From: Reclinomonas americana ATCC 50394
Lineage: Eukaryota
DNA length: 59,904 bases
Reading direction: 5' to 3'
Assembly (NCBI GenBank): GCA_048213135.1
Contig: PS015406.1
Coordinates: forward strand, 1 to 59,904
Part shown: positions 54,829 through 59,904 of the stretch, one piece after another
Layout: each line of letters begins with the position of its first letter
Numbering within the stretch: the stretch's first letter is position 1
Translations under genes and position numbers: made by a program
Notes under the pieces: generated by a model
Seen by the model: only the letters and a program-made list of their open reading frames with translations
Database searches by the model: none
Told to the model about the DNA's origin: nothing

Positions 54829-54831
54829 GAG

Positions 54832-54867
<36 letters not shown>

Positions 54868-57800
54868 NNNNNNNNNNNNNNNNNNNNGGAGATGAGAAAC
54901 TGATTGAGAAAGACGGCCAGTAAGAGGGAGTGAGAACGAGAGGCAGAATGGATGGAGGTATAGAGAGCCACAGAGAGAGAGAGGAGAGGGAGAGGGAGGG
55001 AGGGAGGGAGAAGGGGGAAGAGCACGGCAGAGATGAGAAACTGATTGAGAAAGACGGCCAGTGAGAACGAGAGGCAGAATGGATGGAGGTATAGAGAGCC
55101 ACAGAGAGAGAGAGGGAGGGAGGGAGGGAGAAGGGAGAAGAGAAGGCCGAGATGAGAAACTGATTGAGAAAGACGGCCAGTAAGAGGGAGTGAGAACGAG
55201 AGGCAGAATGGACGGAGAGAGGAGAAAGAGACGGAGGTGTTGTCTGCTGCTTCTATTTGGCTCGGTCTTTTTTTCCACCGCCATGTGTATCCTTTTACTT
55301 TCGGGTGGATTTTCTGCTTATTCTTTGACTATTCGCGCTGTCTGCATCTCCTCCCCATGCACCTTGCATTCATCGGTTCTGTCCCTCCTCCCTCCCCTCA
55401 TTTCCTCCCTCCCCTTCCTTCCCCTCATTTCCCTTCTCCTATTGCAGCCTCCCGCTTCGTCTCCGCCTCTGCCGGCCAATCCCCCCGCTCCTCCGGCGGC
55501 GGTCCCAGCACGCAACCAAATGCACCCCTCTCTCCATCGCGCATGGACATGCCGCGCTTGGCCTTCTCCGACATGCACAAGGGCGACACGTCGCTCAAGC
55601 TGGTGCGTCTGCCATAGCCGGTGCCTCCTCTTTGCCTTGCTGATTCCACCGCGCAGGTGCTCGTGTTGGTGGGCCTGCCCGCGCGAGGCAAGACCTACAT
55701 CGGTCGCAAGATGCGCAACTACCTGTCGTGGCTCGGCGTGAGCACGCGCGTGTTCAATGTTGGCAACTATCGGTGCGTGCGATTGTCTCTCTCTTTCAAC
55801 TCTCTTTCTGCTCTTCATCTCCTTTCATTCATCTCATTCTCATTCATTCTCTTTCTTTGTCGCTCTCTTTCTCATTCAATCCCTCTCTCTCTCTTCACTT
55901 TCACTTTCTGTGTCGTTCTCTCTCTCTCCGTCACTTACCTTCTCATTCTTTCTCTCTCTTCTTGTTCTTTCTCTTTCTCACTTGCATTCCTCTCTCTCTC
56001 TTTTCTCGCTTGCATTCCTCTCTCAATTTTTCCGCTCTCGTTCTCCCTGTTTCTCTGTCTCATATTCTCTCTTTCTCTTTCTCTCATTTTGTTTCTCATT
56101 CTTTCTCGTTCTCTCACTTTATTTTCTCTCATTCTCTCATTTTCTTGCTCCTTCTCTCTCACTTTCTCTTATTTTCTTAATCTCTCTTTGATTTCTCTTT
56201 CTCTCTCTTTCTTATTCTGCCTCTTTCTCTCGCTCATTGTCTCACTCTTTTGTTCTCTTCCTCCTCTTTCACTCTCTTACTCAATCTTGTTCATTCAATT
56301 CTCTCTTTCTTGTTCCTCTCTCTCTCTCTCTCTCTTCTATCTTCCACCCTCCCCCTTTTCCCTCCCCCTTTTCCCCCTCTCCCTTTTCCCTCAATCCCCC
56401 ACCCAGCCGCGAAGTCCTCGGCACATACCAACCCGCCGAGTTCTTCAACCCGCGCGACGAGGAGTCGGTGCGCAAGCGTCGCGAGCTCTCCAATCGCGCC
56501 CTCGACGACCTCTTCCAGTGGCTCGACGGCGGCGGGCAAGTGGCCATTTTCGACGCCACCAACACCACCGAGGACCGCCGACAGCGCATTCGCGCCCGCT
56601 GCTTCGAGCACTGCCTCGACCCGATCTTCATTGGTTAGGAAAGCGGGTTGAATGGGAGAGAAGCGGAGCGAGGGAACTCACACGCTGTTGTAGAATCCGT
56701 GTGCACCGATGAGCGCATTGTGGCGCGCAACATTCTCGACACCAAGCTGACCATGCCTGACTACCGTGGAATGGATCCGGAGGTATGATCCTACTCAGCG
56801 CTTCTCCTCCTGGTCTGCCTATCTCGTCTTTTTCCCCCCTTTATCGCTTCCCCTTTTCGCTTCTCCCTTCTCTCTTCCCCACTCGCTTCCCCACTCGCTT
56901 CCCCCCTTTGTTTCTCCAATCCTTCGCTCATTCTCTTCCCCCTTGTGTCCCCCCTTGCTCTTCTCCTGCCGTTCCCCCCTTCCGTTCCCCCTTCCGTTCC
57001 CCCTTCCATTCCCCCTTCCGTTCCCCCTGCCGTTCCCCCTTCCATTCCCCCTTCCGTTCCCCCTTCCATTCCCCCTTCCGTTCCCCCTTCCGTTCCCCCT
57101 TCCGTTCCCCCTTCCGTTCCCCCTTCCGTTCCCCCTTCTGTTCCCCCTTCTGTTCCCCCTTCCGTTCCCCCTTTCTCTTCCTCCTTGCTCTTCCCCCTTT
57201 GCCTCCCTCATCGCTTCCCTTTGCTTTCCCCATACCTTCCCCCGCACTCATTTTCCCCTTTGTCCTTCCCCTCTTGTGCAGGCCGCCGTCCGCGACTTCA
57301 AGGAACGCATCAAGTACTACGAGGCGGCCTACGAGACCATCAGCGACGACACCTGCAGCTACATCAAGCTCATCAACGTCGGCCAGCAGGTCATTCTCAA
57401 CCGCATTCAGGGCTACCTACCCGGCCGCCTCGTGTTCCTGCTCATGAACATGCACATTCATCCGCGCACGATTTTCCTCACTCGGTGAGTGGCTTGTGAA
57501 TGCGAAAGGGTTGTCGGAGTTCCTCATGCGTGGCTGCGCAGGCACGGCGAGAGCGCATACAATGCCGACGGCCGCATCGGTGGCGACCCTCCGCTGACGG
57601 AGAATGGACGCCATTATGCGCGGCTGTTGGGCGAGTTTATCAAGGTTTGCTTCTTGGTGGCAGATGTCATTGTCACGTTCGCTCACCCCCTTCGCCCGCT
57701 CAGAAAAAGAAGGACGTGCTACTGTCGGAGGGCGGTCACCCGCCGCTCACCGTGTGGACCAGCTCCCTTCGTCGCACGGTGGAGACCAGCATCGAGGCCG

Positions 57801-59150
57801 CGTTTGTCGGCAACGACTTGGAGTACTCGGTGCAGCAGTGGAAGGCGCTGGACGAAATCGACGCTGGACTTTGTGAGGCGAGTCTGAAGCTCTAAGTCTC
57901 TCGCTTTCTCTCTTCGCTGTTGGTTGGGTGATGTGATTGGATGTCCTTCTATCTATCTTTGAGAGAGACAAAGAGAGACGATGTGAGACGAAGAGAGACG
58001 GAGAGAGACGGAGAGGCGGTGAGAGCCGACGAGAGGCTAAGGGATGAAGATGAGAAACTAAGCGAGACAGCGAGTTCCCAAGACAAAGAACGTGAGAACC
58101 GAAATAATTAGGAAGACAGCAAAAAGAAACTCGGAAGAGCAGCTCCGTGGCTTACCTTCTCCCTCTTATCTCTCGTTCTTCGTGTTCCCGTCCCACTTCG
58201 TCTCTCTTTGTCTCACTTTGTCTCTGTTCATCTCAGTTCATCTCTCTTACTCTTTTCTCGCTCGCTCTCTTCGTCGCTCTTCGTGTCTTATCCTCCTCTC
58301 CGACTGTTGTCGTTTTCTTCATCTCTCCTCATTTCTCGCCGTCTCTCTTCATTAATGACCGCTTTTTTTCGTCGTTCGTCGTCACCCGTCGTTTCTCTCC
58401 GACTGTCTTCGTTTCCCTTCGCCTCACTTGCCTCTCATTGTCCCTCTTCTGTTCTGCTTTTCCTTCCTTTCTCTTTGTTTCTCCTCTCGCCTCTTTCGCT
58501 CTCTGTTTTTCATCGTCTCTCCTCTCTTTTGCACTCCTCTCTTCTTTAGCACCGCTTTCCTTCGTCGTTCGTCGTCACCCGTCGTTTCTCTCCGTCTGTT
58601 GTCATTTCCCTTCGCCTCACTTTGCCTACTCTTATCGTCTTTTTTTTTCTGCTTTTTCTTCCATTCTCTCCTTCCTCTTTGTTTCTGCTCTATTCTGTCC
58701 TCACTCTTCTCTCTCCCTTTCCACCTCTCCCCTCCTCTCCCCTACACAGGGCATGACCTACGAGCAAATCGAGAAGGAGATGCCGGACGAATTCAAGGCC
58801 CGCCAGCACGACAAGCTCGGCTACCGATACCCGCGCGGCGAGAGCTACGAAGATGTGATTGTGCGCATCGAGCCGGTCATTACCGAAATCGAGCGACGCC
58901 GCGAGCGTGCCGTGCTTATCATCGCGCATCAGGTGCGTTCTCGTAACGCCCCTCTCTTGACCCTGATCACCGAGTCTCACCACCGCCAGCGCAGGCCGTG
59001 TTGCGTGCCCTGTACGGCTACCTGGCCGAGCGCAAGATGGACGACGTGCCGCACCTCGATATTCCGCTGCATACGGTCATTGAGTTGACGCCGCGTGCGT
59101 ATGGTGTGGAGGAGAATCGGCATTTGTTGTTGGAGTTGGATCGAATGTTG
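53776..59150 (+). CDS. PFKFB: 6-phosphofructo-2-kinase/fructose-2,6-bisphosphatase (3' end uncertain at a gap)
   Basis: [87 protein letters not shown]. Confidence 0.95.
54720..55210. repeat. Intronic repeat, 4 copies of tgattgagaaagacg(g)ccag...gagaacgagaggcaga
   Basis: Units start near 54720, 54900, 55040 and 55160. Confidence 0.8.
56970..57172. repeat. 12-bp minisatellite (ccgttccccctt)n in a PFKFB intron
   Basis: About 16 near-identical copies. Confidence 0.9.
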
Positions 59151-59904
59151 CGTGGCGAGGACAGGGAAGGGGAAGGGGGAGAAAGGGGGAGGGTGGAGCA
59201 GTGCAATGGACAACGGGAGGGGGATAGGCGGAAGGCACTGTCTCTGTCGTTATTATTTCGTGTTGATGTGAGATGTGGTGCAGGGAAAGGCCGAAATCTC
59301 TTCNNNNNNNNNNNNNNNNNNNNNNNNNNNNNNNNNNNNNNNNNNNNNNNNNNNNNNNNNNNNNNNNNNNNNNNNNNNNNNNNNNNNNNNNNNNNNNNNN
59401 NNNNNNNNNNNNNNNNNNNNNNNNNNNNNNNNNNNNNNNNNNNNNNNNNNNNNNNNNNNNNNNNNNNNNNNNNNNNNNNNNNNNNNNNNNNNNNNNNNNN
59501 NNNNNNNGAGTGGTGCGTGGAGGTGGCCGGGCGATGCGCGGCGGGTGAGGCGGCGGGCCTGCAAGCGACGGAGGATGAGCAAAGGAGAAGGGTCTCACAA
59601 CAGAGCGCAGAGCCAATCGAAATTGCTCGTGCTGCGTGTGAAGCAAACGATGCGACAAAGAAGAAACGGCTTCTGCCGAGAACGCGCAAGAGAGACTGCA
59701 TTTGTCACACAGCACTTCAAGCAGAACCAGCGACGTAGACAACAGCTTTCGACAGCGCTACTTCGCATCAAACAAAAACAAGAAGTGAAAATGCCTTCCA
59801 TCGTCCTGCAGCACGTCTTCTCGCACATAAATACAAGGAACGATCGGAAACTACTTCTGCCATTCCCTCCAGCTCTACTCGCATTCAAAGAAGAGCAACG
59901 AAAA

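Noticed and set aside
59147-59570. Additional GTTGCGT donor at 59147 and a possible flipped final PFKFB exon after the gap
   Set aside because: The phase is compatible but cannot be verified across the N-gap, so it was not counted

Overview
Intron-rich, microsatellite-laden eukaryotic genomic scaffold, probably from a protist (organism not identifiable from sequence alone). It contains N-gaps and several small contigs that appear mis-oriented. Genes reconstructed by hand from splice sites: the 3' part of a histidine acid phosphatase; an NLR-like UBL-HEPN-NACHT-pentapeptide-WD40 gene; an IRC21/RLF-like cytochrome b5 protein; a POFUT2-like O-fucosyltransferase; three WD40 paralogues sharing an unrecognised C-terminal motif; a 2382-aa FN3 surface protein, probably GPI-anchored, with a phage-like insert; a TBC RabGAP; a mitochondrial TrpRS; an intronless 2OG-Fe(II) oxygenase; a tandem family of RING-TRAF zinc finger-coiled coil-TLDc genes; and a PFK-2/FBPase-2. 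The most notable signals are (1) the HEPN-RNase-armed NLR with hypervariable WD40 repeats, (2) a recurrent atypical 5' splice site GTTGCG/GTTGAG at 11 donors, nearly all where the exon does not end in G, suggesting routine shifted-register U1 pairing, and (3) the diversifying TRAF-TLDc array. Domain calls come from motif recognition only; no searches were run.
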